From NCBI RefSeq assembly GCF_964355755.1, contig NC_092677.1, positions 24,539,175-24,603,174 on the forward strand: 64,000 nucleotides of DNA, in the 5' to 3' direction. The notes under the pieces are model-generated. The model was not told the origin of the DNA. It worked only from the letters and a program-made list of their open reading frames with translations, and did no database searches. The translations under genes and the position numbers were made by a program. The DNA is from Antedon mediterranea (taxonomy: Eukaryota > Animalia > Echinodermata). Below, piece after piece: positions 24,524 to 37,900 of this stretch (positions are counted from its first letter, which is position 1; every line of letters starts with the position of its first letter).

Positions 24524-24895
24524 TTCGACGTTAGTCGACGCTATCATCGTTAATTGTTACAAGTTCAACAACGATCGTTTGAAAACGATCAAGTTGAAAT
24601 GATGACAATAGCGAGTACCTTTTTCTGTAAATCGTTACCATTTCAATGTTTACGTGGAAGATCGCCGATTATTGTTAACGATAGCGTCGGCTAACAGGAA
24701 AACAGGCTTTAGTCGACACTATCGTTAACAATAATCGGCGATCTTCTATGTAAACATTGAAATGTTAACGATTTACAGGAAAAGGTACTCGCTATCGTTA
24801 TCATTTCAACTTGATCGTTTTCAAAAGATCGTCGTTGAACTTTTAACGATCAACGACGATAGCGTCAAATAACGTCGACAGGAAAACAGGCTTAA
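24524..24895. repeat. Long imperfect palindrome (~170-bp arms), MITE-derived
   Basis: 24524-24693 is the reverse complement of 24709-24878; the spacer CAGGAAAACAGGCTT recurs at the right end. Confidence 0.8.
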
Positions 24896-27800
24896 TGCAT
24901 AATTCGTATACACCAACGGTTACCAACAAACCTGTTGAAAGATGGTAGAACTACATTCAAAGATTTCTTTTTTCTTTATGTTTAAGTTTATAATCTATTC
25001 GCGATCTTTAATTGACTGTATGACCGTAGCAGAAATATAGGAGAAATTAAAATTTCAGAGAGCTATGTTTCTACAAAGTGTTCAACGTTATATTATATTA
25101 TATCATAAGGAATACAGATAATTAAATGAGCGGATAAAAACAAATGTATATAAACCACAATTTTATTTGGGTAAAGTAAACTATACAGTCAGTTACGTTT
25201 TACAATGTCTCTATTTTAGGGTTTGGATATAATAATATAGAGACTTTTAGAATTATCGTGCGTGTCGACAGTTCCATTGTACTATTATCAATAGAAAGAC
25301 CTACAGTATTTTCAAAAAACTTTTTATTAAATTGCATTGAAGCAGAAAGTATTATACTAATACTGTACTAGTGTACTGAGGCCTGCTATGGATTAGTATG
25401 TACCGTCTACTGTACAGGCAAATTATAGAATAATTACAGGCTTGTTCCATAAATACACACAAAAATCGAGTGATATAATAACTCATGGATGCTGTAAAAA
25501 CACGGCACATGGAGGACTGATTTATTTAAATTTTCTATTAAAAGGCACAGGTAAGTTTTTAAAATTGAATAATATTTTTATACAAGTTTAGTATAAGACA
25601 ATGCTTAAAATATTGTTAACTGAGGTTAAGTTAAACCATTGTAGACAAGTGAGTATATCATCGTAAGCAATCGTATAGGCATGTTTTAAGGTCTGCAATT
25701 ATTAAAAAGTTACCAGAGTTTCTTGCTTGCAATGAATCAATTTTCTATGAGTATAAAAATAATATGGATTGTATAACGACAGTATAGACCACTCCTAACA
25801 CGAAATGCATTGTGGGCGTTATGGTTGTGTGCATTGTGGATCATGACTATACCATTGGAATCGCGTTAAGTTTGCGAAATGCATTGTGGGCGGTATCTGA
25901 TTGTAGAAACTAGAAGAAATATATAATTTCCTCCATGGTAGAACTGCAGTGGGCCAGAATCGGAATCATTATTATATGAATATATTTGTATAGACCATTG
26001 GTATCGCGTCAAGTTGCGAAATGCATTGTGGGCGGTATGAAATGTGCATTGTTGAACTGCTCACAGTGGGCCAGAATCGGAATCATTATTCTATGGATAT
26101 ATTATAATTGTATAAAACAGACTATAATTCACGTCAAGTTTGGGTTTTATGGGATTTCGGAACGATGATGGGTAGATGCAACTACATTTTAGTTTGTTGT
26201 TCGTTATTTAGATTATTAGTGGGTCTTTTAGTCAGAAAAACAATCAGCTATTAGGCCTACCACCAAATGTGTATGGCATTTTGTAGGTGGTCTGTAGGGT
26301 GTACCAGTTGATTTTATCTTATCCTGTGATAAAACAACAGTAAGCATCAGTAAGGATGTTGAGGTTTGAATTTATTCCATTCCTGCTTTTAAAAATATAT
26401 AATCAAACAGTAAGTATGTATTGTCCCGAAAAACAACAAATACTTACCGTATTATGCGACATTAAAATAACTTATTTAACAAAAACAAATTATGAAAATA
26501 TGTGTCTTTAAACTATAATACAGATAACATGATAATGGAGGTCATGATGAAATTATACAGTCATTCTTATCCAACGATTGAAATTAATTTGAAATCAGTA
26601 AAAATGCAATAAAAAATTAGGTGCTAGTTAGTTTAATTTTGACCTTGTAACAAAACTAAACTTTTGAATTATTATCAACTTTTCTACAATTTCTAAAAAT
26701 AGATCAATACAATTTGATAATAATGCATAACAATGGCCGTGTTCCCGCAGCCTGTTTAATAGAAACATATGCATTTAAATCAGAGTTATTTAAAAATAAT
26801 AGATCTGAGCCGATTGGTCGAACCTTCAAAATGGAAAAGATGCACTAATATGATATTTTGTTTAGATTTGGTGATTTAACATCATCACTACAGTAATTAT
26901 GTTTAAAAAGGAAACCATTCCTTTTTATTATTGTGCTGTGTCTTAAATTAAACAAGGCCATATACATGGCTGCAGTCGCGTGCTCAAGTTTACCGACCAG
27001 CCGACCGGCCGACCGACATAGTGAGCTGTAAAGTCGCGTTGCACGCGACTAATAATAGCGGATAGATCGTGCACATACAGTAAACCACGTCATGTTTCCG
27101 AAATGCATTGTGGGTGGAGCCCATTGCGAAACGGTGGTGTGTATTACATTATTTGAATGAAGTTATTTAGATTATGAATGCGGTCTAATGACACGATTTG
27201 TTACGAGAGGTGGTCGCTTACAAGAGGTGATCGTTTTTACTTACGAGAACCATGTTGCCCTCAATTGTGCAAACAATCACATTTGTGCAAATATGGCACC
27301 GTCGAACGTGCTTTTCGGGATTACTTTTTCAAACCAAATAGGGAGTGAGGGGTGGGGGTGTAGGTGCGGGTTGGAGGGCATCATTCAATGTTATGCCTTC
27401 AAACGTTAAGAGAAAAAGTGCAGTCTAGATTTGGTAATGTGTTTACAGTTTTATTTGATAGTGAATGTCAAAAGCCTACACAAAAATTAGAATCTATCAA
27501 AATGCTTAAATTACAAATAAATTAACAATTATTGTGTTTAACTGAGAGAAAAGTACAAGTTTTCAGCTGTAATTAAATTTCAGAATTTTGTTGTTGAAAA
27601 TTAAAGAATACTTTTCCTTTCAGTTCAATATTACTAGGCCTACTAGCATAACATTGGTTATTTAATTGTGTGTAAACTGAATGCAACGATTGTTGCTTAT
27701 TGAGTTGTATTTCTATTTTTATTTATATGTTTTACTTTTTTATGTATTTTATTTCTTCCGACTAAAACAGATTGCACAAATCCCACAACCACTCCTTCTT

Positions 27801-28973
27801 CCTAGAATATAAATTAAATACACAACTCAAAAGGATAATTATGAAAATAAGGTCTAACTTTTTCTTGTTATCATTCACAACAGAGACAAGCTATTTTTCT
27901 ATTACATTACCTATCCTGTCGATAGGGTATAGGCCCAATGGTGAAAATGATGTGATATAGGAAAAACATTTGGGAGAAAATAATCATACATATTTCCAGT
28001 AGTTAGTCTGCGGTGTTCCACGTTCAATGTTTCAATGGCGAAAATTGTAGTAGACTAAATAAGATGAAGGCAAATTGCTTTTGTTTTACAAAGTATAGGC
28101 CTGTATAATTATAAGGCTGGATGGAAGGTATTTTAAAAATTTAACAATCCGTAGTGCGTGTCGACGTATTATTATCAATAGAAAGACACTATTATAAGCT
28201 TTTTATTAAAATTCATTGAAGCAATAAGTGGTATGTTGACCTAAATTATGAGCTATTAGATATTTACTCTACTTGTACTGCATAACTGTACTGCCAAGTG
28301 CATAGAAAAATTGGGAGGTAAGCTTAGTACATACATTGATGAAGGTCAGACAATCTATAACAACAAAATGCTATAGATTTCTGGTCAAATGTTACCGTTG
28401 AGGTTCAAGTAACTGGAATAAATATTATTGTTATTAGTTAGTTGTTTAATTAAAGGCACATTAATACACGAGGTTAGTATGATGAGTCGTCAATGGTTAA
28501 CTTAGACGTTAGACCTACTGTTTGAGTATTACGCCATCGTATACAATAGGGTTGAAGGGTTAGATAGGCTAGCTACAGGTTAGGGTTAGCAATGTTGATT
28601 GCAATGTACCATTTTGAGTATGGGGATAGCTCCTTCTAACAAAAAACTAAGACGGGGCTGTATATTTTTGGTAACATCTGTTATAATCATTCTAAATTGA
28701 AGAGAAAATATCCGCATTGACATTAAACAATAATTTATTTGATGATCTGAATTTTGCTATTACGGCGTAATAATAGCGTTTGTTTCGAATAACTTATTTC
28801 GTTCTTTTAGAAACATCGACAAATGTATATCCATGGACGAATGTATACAAATCTGTATTTACACAGCAAACAACGAGTAACGGTTTTGTGCCAGCCAAGT
28901 GTTGTGAATACTGTTCAAGCATATTATTGAACAACGCTTTTTCTATTGCGGCCAGACAGTATTATCAATAAAA

Positions 28974-31900
28974 ATGGCAAACAGCACAGGTAGGAAACAA
29001 ATTAATATACTACAAGCCTAAAACGAAGTAAATTTACCGACTTCATATTTGCAGGGCAACAATAGCTGGACAAGGCTGATTGTATTTTATTGGTCAGATA
29101 TTTTGCCCTATCTTACGTATTATACTGTGTACTTAGTACATTTACTCATTCTCATTGGATTTTTTTTTCAAGTGTTCTCAATGTAATGAATAAACACAGT
29201 AGAGTGAAACATCTGACCAGTAGTAGTTCCTTAACTCTTTATCGCAAAACTACTTACATATCATCAACAGTATTATGTTTATAAATAACGCTTTAGTAAA
29301 AACTAATGGTGATGAAGGTAGAATGATGGAGTTATGGTGATTTAATCTATTTTTTAGATCTCCTTTGTGGTGTAAGCCGGTACCACTTTTATTCGTTCGC
29401 CATGTATCATAAATACATATTTATAGATGTTCGTTTATATTTCTCTCCATATTACCCTCTTTTTTTCATTATTTTCTTCAATTTACTCATACTAGTCATA
29501 CAGTGGTATATATAAAATGACTATATAAAATGACTATATAAAATGACTATATAAAATGACTATATAAAATGACTATATAAAATGACTATATAAAATGACT
29601 ATATAAAATGACTATATAAAATGACTATATAAAATGACTATATAAAATGACTATATAAAATGACTATATAAAATGACTATATAAAATGACTATATAAAAT
29701 GACTCAAGAACACCAAGAATAAACAGAAACTATTTTTATATATGATAAATATGTATGTATAACCAGCTCGATTAGCATTGTCGATTTTATTTTTTTTATA
29801 CTTTTGTTGTGTAACATTACATTGTGTAACACTAAATATATTCAATATTTTACAACTTTTATAATTTACAGCATTATCAAAAGAGGAATGTAGCCTATTG
29901 AAAAGTTCTGTGGCAAACTGGTTTGACCAACGTTGTTCAATCAGTATGATCAAAGTTTTGTACGAAGAGTTGGTGACTAATAAAACTGACTTACATAAAT
30001 CTACTACAATGATGGAATTGATCAACTTGGTAAATACTTTTAATGGATTTAGTCAAAATGATCCAAGTATTTTACTTGCGACAATAAATGTTACTGGGCA
30101 ACACGGCATATGGAACAAAATAGAAAAATTAAAATTACCTGAGCTACGTCAAACAAGAACAGTATCAATGTTCAGTGAATTTAGACAGAAGGTAATGAGG
30201 CTCGGATTAAAAATGACAGATAGTGAAGTACAAAGGATAAGTCATTTGTATGAAGAAACAAAGTTTAGAAAGTATGACGATAGCTGGAGTTTGATTATTG
30301 ATCTTGAACGTAACGCCCACTTATCTAATGAAAACATGACGAGGTTCATTAGAACGTTAAGCGAGAATAGTCTCGGTCATTTGATATACACTATAGATGG
30401 CGGTATGTATTACATTTTATCATGATATTGTTTATTTATACTATAAAATTAAATTTACTAACCAGTATATCTAATTAAGAAATTCACATTACTGAATTAC
30501 GAATTTGTACAGATTTGCACATTTGAGGATGCCATATTAGCACAAACGTGGTTGTTTGCACATTTAAGTGCAAAATGTTTGCACAAAAAATAGTGTTTTT
30601 TGCACAAATGTGACTTTCTGCACATTTCACGGCTAAACAAGCCTCCTAATGTTTCTTTTACATTTTAATATATACAGTTGTAATCGAAGACTTTGGATTA
30701 CCAAGAACAGCAAAAAGAGGTACCGGTATGTAAACCAATTTAGAAAAATCCTTTTTTTTAACCTTATCAAACAACCTTTGATATTATCGATTGCATTGTG
30801 GATTTAAAGGCGGCATGAGGAATAGGGTTGTAGATTTTCAAATTAATTGAACACTTATAAAAGCACAATTTGTTCATTACAAGCATCTAGTCATCAATTT
30901 CAGGATGAGAAACAAGCCCATGCCTTCTAAACCTGAAGTATAATTTGAGCCAAGGTATAAGTGGCACTTCATTGGCTGTTTTTTTTATTTTTTTTATTTA
31001 ATCGGTATAAAAATACTCAAAATACAACTCATAGTTGAAATGAAGAGCTTACATATGAAAATGATAATTCACATAAACAAAGTTAAACGAAGAAAAAACA
31101 CATTAAAGCCTATGAAACAGTAATAATTAATGTATAATTCGTTAAACTTAAAATTACTATAAAAAATGCACAAATTCTTAAATATATACAATTTTAAAAA
31201 ATAGAGACTAATATTAATAATCACATTATTTTTATACACCAATAAAATATATGTAAAATTCATTAAACTAAAAGTACAATAAAAATTGCACAAAATTCAA
31301 ATTCAAAGGATGATATTAATAATTACAAATTCTTATATTATATTTACAAATTTAAAAAATTGAATCTTATAAATCACATTTTTATAGTCCCATAAGTAGT
31401 TACAAAAAAAAATTTAAAGCATAAAACAACCACTTGACAAAGAGACAATAGAACATACTCTTCGAAATGTCTTTAAAGGTTAATTGTCCACACGGAACTG
31501 TGACAGCCGTGATTTGAAGTCTATCAAACACCAAGGGAGAAACTTACAGTATATCTTTGGTTCTGATGCGTTGTTGTCTTTTGTTTTATAATCATTTCCT
31601 TTAATTCATTCCTAATTATAGTCGGTTTTATTTTTGTTTAAATCAACAATATTGTTATACAGTACATCAAATGCAGTACAGTACTCGGTTTGTGATGTTG
31701 TTAAGACAACAATGTTATTCGTGTGTTTCTTTAAAACATGTGTGGTTCTCCTGTTCTTTTGGTGTCAGAATTTACATATTTATTTTCCGGTCTAACACAA
31801 CAAATATCTCTATCAGTGTCCCTGAAGTAACAAATATCAATAATTTATATTTAATCTACAAAAACGCGCCCTCGGGATTTGTGCAGGGACATTGTGACTA

Positions 31901-34900
31901 TCCCATACGAAACCCTTATTTACCTCCGCCAAGGAGGTATATGTAATCGGTAGCGTGTGTTTGTTACTTGGCCAAATTGAAAATTGGCCAAGTATGTTGA
32001 TCTGTTTGGTTTGTGTGTTTGTTTGTTACTTGGCCAAATTGAAAATTGGCCAAGTATGTTGATCTGTTTGGTTTGTGTGTTTGTTTTGTTTGTTTGTTTG
32101 TTTGTCATCACTCTAGCGCTCACAGTTTTGATTCGAATGACTCCACATTTCTACCATACATGTCACCTGCTGCAAGGACGACACCACCCAATTTTGGTTA
32201 AAATCCGGACCACGGTTCCAATTCTGGACTAAAATTAAAACTAAAATTGCATTTTCTCGAGAACTAGGCCTACATGTCCAAAAAACTTCAGTTTTGTACA
32301 AGAGGCAAGAGTTATAATTTGTGATTTGTAATTTTAAAACTTAATTAGATTTAATGTACAGGTTTTTTAATGCGAATAGTTTAAAAACCCTATTTCTTTT
32401 CAAATTCACCCGTTTGATTTTCGCGTTGCTGTTCTATTGTTAGCCAACTGAAGCTATTGTTAATTGAAAGGCTTGTTACATAACCATTACACCAAACTCG
32501 CATACACATGCTTGTAATGAAATTAGCCTAAATCACAAACAGCATTAAGACACACACAATATATATATATATATTTTTTTTACCGGAGAAATCTTATGTA
32601 GGAGAATTTTACAGTAGGCTGAGGTATGCCCTCTCGGAGTGGCTTTCTAGTTTCATAATTTAAAACTCTTAACATCTTTGATTGTTGATTTGCAAATCAA
32701 CAATCTAATAAACATGACCATAAGATTTTCTAAATGTAATGTCTTGCCTGAAAAACATATATCTTTATCCAGACAAAATTAAATTTTCTATAATGGCCCT
32801 AATTTATGGAATTCTTTTAACAATACAATAAAATAAATAATAAATAAAACGATTTCTTCTTTTAAACGTAATATTTTAAAAAAAAATGAATATTTGGTAG
32901 TGTAATTTTTGTGTTTATTTATATAATAATAATATAATAGTGGGTGTACCTGAATGGTTCTCGGAAACATGGCCAATGCCTCTGAAAAACGGCTGACACC
33001 TATGCATATGACTATGAGTTTGCATGTTTCAATATACTAAATTCACAATGTATAGGCCTAGATATGAAATGTATCAGTACATTAATATTAATTATGTCTC
33101 ATGTCAGTTAAAAATGTAAAGAAAACTTGACAGCAATTGACCAGACCCATCATAAGCATTTTTTAAATAAGAAAATTGATGTGTTACATAAAACGTATAT
33201 ACGTATTTAAATGTGCACTGGAGGAAAACGTCAATTGAGGCTACACCGACACTAAAGTGCTTGACAGCCGGATGGGGGTGCTTAGCTAAATGCTAATTAT
33301 TAAAATATGCACATTTTCCAAGTTAGCGTCACAATCATGTATTTTCAATACAAGTTGGATATCATATTTTATGGCCTTTCATTTGATATCAAACATTTGA
33401 ATTAGTTAACATTATATAAATAAACACAAAAAATACACTAAATATTAATTGTTTATAAAAAAATAATCAAATTATTCACATTTTTTTTTTTAATTACAAA
33501 TGTTCAATACAAATTTGGTATCAGTTGATAGCATATTCTATGGGCGTTCATTTGATACCATACAGGCTGTCTATTGACATCTTAAAGAATAATTTAATTT
33601 TTTTCGGGGGGGGGGGGAAGGGAGTTCAAAGGTCAGTAATAGCATTTCCGGTCACTTTTTCGCAAAAGTTGTGTTAGACCAAAAAATAAATATGTGTATT
33701 CTGAACAAGTGGTTGTCAAGATATAAGAACACGTTGTTCTCCTCAAATCAGTCCTAAATTGAAATGCATACAAATCTTACTCAGGTCCTAGACTACCTAG
33801 ACTACTTAAAGTACTGGCTGCTGTCATCGCTTTCATCGTTGTTGTCATTGCTGTTGTCATTGCTGCTGTCAACGCTGCTAGTCCTATCAAGGGTAAGTAT
33901 ATTTATGGTTTTTATGGTTAGGTTGAGGGTTAGGTTATGGTCGATGATACTAGGTAATACAAGTGAAACACAGGCGATGCTATATTCCTATACGATGCTG
34001 GAGAAATCTAGATACATCACCAAGACTCGGGTGCACATGAGCAAAATCCCTGTATTGTGTTTAGGTTAGGCATATTGCATATGATACAGGCATCACATGT
34101 GATACATATCTGAAGTTGTGTTAATTACATAATTCCTCTGTGATATTCATGAACAAATTATACTATAGTGTATTAAGTACTGACATTTGGTAGGAAGAAA
34201 GGTATGAGGGAAATAGTGAAACCTCCAAGAAACCTACTATCTGGAGGTCAATAGGTTTTGATTAAAGTTAATGTTTATTTTGTCTTTGTTATTTTATTTA
34301 TCCTTTTAAACCTATTGTCTGGAAGTCAATAGGTTTTTGGTTAAATTTAACTGTAAATCATTATTTTGTTATTATAAATTATTTTTATTTTGCCTATTAT
34401 AAGTACAAGTATTTTTGTCTGTTATGCATCAACACTAAACGCGGATGATGATGTTAAAGTTGTATTCTATGACGATCTAGTACGAGTATTGAATGATATT
34501 CACAAGGAAGAGAAACTGATTATTTTAGGAGATTTCAATTCAAGAGTAAATGAATCTGATTCGGAATTGTTGTTTACAATGAATTAATAAGTTGTAATGG
34601 TGGGCATTGTCATCATAATTGAAAAGTGAGATATTGAGATCAAAGGCTTTGCAAGAAAATGCAAATCATATTATAGTAATGATAATGAGAATAAGAAGAA
34701 GAATGGATAACAAATATTTTTCTTTTCAGATGAAACTATCCGAAACTTTCTAACAGCTCAACAAAAAAAGAAATTCCAAAACACAAAACTGTCAACGTTG
34801 GACCCAAGTGTAAAATACAATATTTCACAGATGTTTACTGATCCAATATTAACGCCAAAAATATTAAATACGTATAAATACACGGATCTAAAAATCGGAA

Positions 34901-37900
34901 GTCACCTATCATTAGAAGAACTATTAGACAAAATGATGTCTATGGACTCGAGTAAAGTATGCATAACTGGAAAAAGAGGAATTGGTAAGACAACTTTACT
35001 TCAGTATCTGTCTTACAACTGGGCAACAAATCCGAATGCTGCATTTGCTGGTAAAATATTATTTTTTATAAACGTGAGAGACATCAAAGCAGAAAATACC
35101 ATTACAGATACGATTGTACAAACAGTTCCAATGAATACATTTAATGTAAAAACCGGTCTTCCTAAAGATAACTCAATTTTAAAAACGTTTATGGAGAAAC
35201 GGAGCATGGAATTAATTGTGCTGTTAGATGGAATAGATGAGTCAGAAGATGATTTCAAAGAACTAGTAAATATATTGGATGGAAACGAACTGACAGAAAG
35301 CACAGTTATTATTACATTACAAACAGGTTTTGAAAAAGATTTACTTGATCATTGCGATTTAGCTGTACAAGTAGAAGGGTTTTCGAAAATGAATATAAAG
35401 ACATTTATTCAAAAACATTTCAGATTCGTCAAAACAACTGCACTTGGTGATTCATTGATTGAAGAATTAAAACTTAATTCGAAGTCTGAAATAGATTGGG
35501 GTGGTGATCACAAAGCAATATTTGAACTCTTGAAATCCCCTTCGTTGTTACTTAAAACGTGTACCATATGGGAACGCGAACAAAAAGTGCCAGATTCAAA
35601 CCAGATTTTAGACCATCAATTGACAGAAGGTAAGTCTATTTACTATTATTGTTATGATTGTGAATTGAAATTATGAAATAAATTAATGGACAGAGAAACA
35701 AATATTTCTCCAGAAATATTGATGCAGGTAATTGGAATGGAATGAGAAATGGAAACAAAAAATCAAACAAATTTGATATTTATGTGCTGTCCTGACAGAG
35801 AGCTTGAAAACTTTATATTCATTTCGTCATGGAAGCGCAACCCTTCCAATAACATTTGCAATGTTGAAGGCTATTCTTACATATATTAAGAAGGAATTCT
35901 TACGATTTATCTTGTGCACCAACAGAGATATTTCTGTAGAGTTACACTATAAGTAGAACATAGATACAACTCAAAAATAAAGTTGAACTTAAATGTTGAA
36001 GATTTAGTAAAATTTAAATTTAAATAACAATTGTTTCTGTCAGAATATTTATTTATTCTTTCTCGAGATTTGATTTGAATTTATTTGAAAAACAATTATA
36101 AAAATACATACAAAGTGATAAATTACTGACATTAAAAATAAATACATTTATAAAACATTTTCCCAGGACAGCCCAAACAAAGCTACTTTTAAGGCTTTAC
36201 GTTTGATCATCCACTTATTTATTTTTAAATAAATTACATTAACTAATCAATCTAAATTAACAAAAAGTAATATATTTTATTTTTGACAACATTGCATTCA
36301 ATGATTTAATGACTATAAAACATTACAATTAGAAAATTTTAAAAAATTGTCATTGTTCGTAGAGGAAACAATAAGCCACAATGAGTCGTTCATAATATAA
36401 GAATAAAATTAAATGTCTCAAAAAAATAAATAAGTAAATAAATAAAACAATGACATGATAACGTTTAACCTATTACTTGAGATAATGTAGACACTATAAA
36501 GTGGGTCATTCCATGTCAAATCAACCAGTGGTAGTACGGGTCACGCCATGGATTTGGCCAATTTTTTTTGTTAGGGTACCTCAATATATATAATGAACAC
36601 ATGCAAAGTTTTAGCGCTTAACTCCAAGTCGTTTTTAGCCTCGTTGATATATAACCTTTTATCATTCACCTCATGCTATTATTTGTACCATAACACTCAT
36701 AAACATTCATTATTTGTATATTATTATATTGTATTGTATTATATTGTATTACAATATAAAGCGTGAAGTACTGACAAGATTAAATATGTTCATAAAATAT
36801 CGGAGTATATTGTGGGGAATAGTATATAAAAGTACGTCGAGAGAACACTTGTTTAAAATCGGGGAAACCCCGACAGCTGATAGTTGGACAGCCAGTCGAC
36901 AAATCGTGTCAAATTTCTAATTTAGTTCAAAATTGCTTAATTTTTGGGTGTTGGAAAAACACAATATTTGTAAATTTAGTTGATTATCGGAAAAAAAGTT
37001 GTTAGTGAAATAAATTCATAAATAGTTTTAATATATTGTCATGTAAAATTAAATGTATTTGAACAAAACGATAATCTGTAATTTAACCGCAAAATCAACC
37101 AATGTCTTTTTTCCGAAATTGTACCCTAGAAAATCATTAAAATAAAATATTTAGAAAAATTGAACAGTCCTGAATTTAAAATCCCTGTTAGAAAAATTAA
37201 TAATCTACAGAATACGATATTAAGATACAAAATTCGGTGGTTGGGATGCAGCTCCGACTATTCAAACTAAAGGTACCACTATTTGTTCCATCGAAAACTA
37301 GCGAAACCGCCATTTTGTAAACACATCGTCATCGTGTTTATGAATTTATTTATAGCGAAAGATATACGCGATGTTTATAATTGTCCGCGTATAAGAATTC
37401 ATATAAATAAATACATTCCAATACAACGTATATTATTACTTGTTTATTTATCACAGTATACATTTTAGTTGAGGAATATTTATCATAACTATTATAATAG
37501 CTTTTATACGAGTCCGAGGCCTAGCCCTATTAGCGAGCGATTGTTCCAGGGGCGGAAAGTCACTTAGTGACGTTGTGATCGGGCGCGTCGGGCCTAGCTA
37601 ATATTAATAATATGACCTGAAATAAGTGGCTAACAAGAACTGTTATATACTTGCTTACAATTGTTTTGTTATTGATGAACAAACAAGCAATTAGATTGAA
37701 TAACAAATTATTTATTCATTTTTTTTGGGTAAAAACATGTAGGCCTACAAACTAGTACTGTATAATATAAATTAATAGTTACAGTATTAATAAAATATAA
37801 AATAGGCCTAACATACAATAAATATTCAATTTTTAAGGTCTACCACATGACAATAACATAATTTACAGAGTATAGTGTAGTAGGTTTGCATTCAACATAA

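Noticed and set aside
25986-29284. Short ORFs conserved with 50783-53933
   Set aside because: Conservation reflects recent segmental duplication; no motifs, mostly non-ATG starts.
29509-29703. Regular short repeats as a CRISPR array
   Set aside because: No spacers; head-to-tail minisatellite in eukaryotic DNA.
33764-34069. 101-aa ORF with Leu/Ser repeats
   Set aside because: Off-frame reading of the TM exon plus intron; the splice phase defines the Val/Ala/Ile frame.
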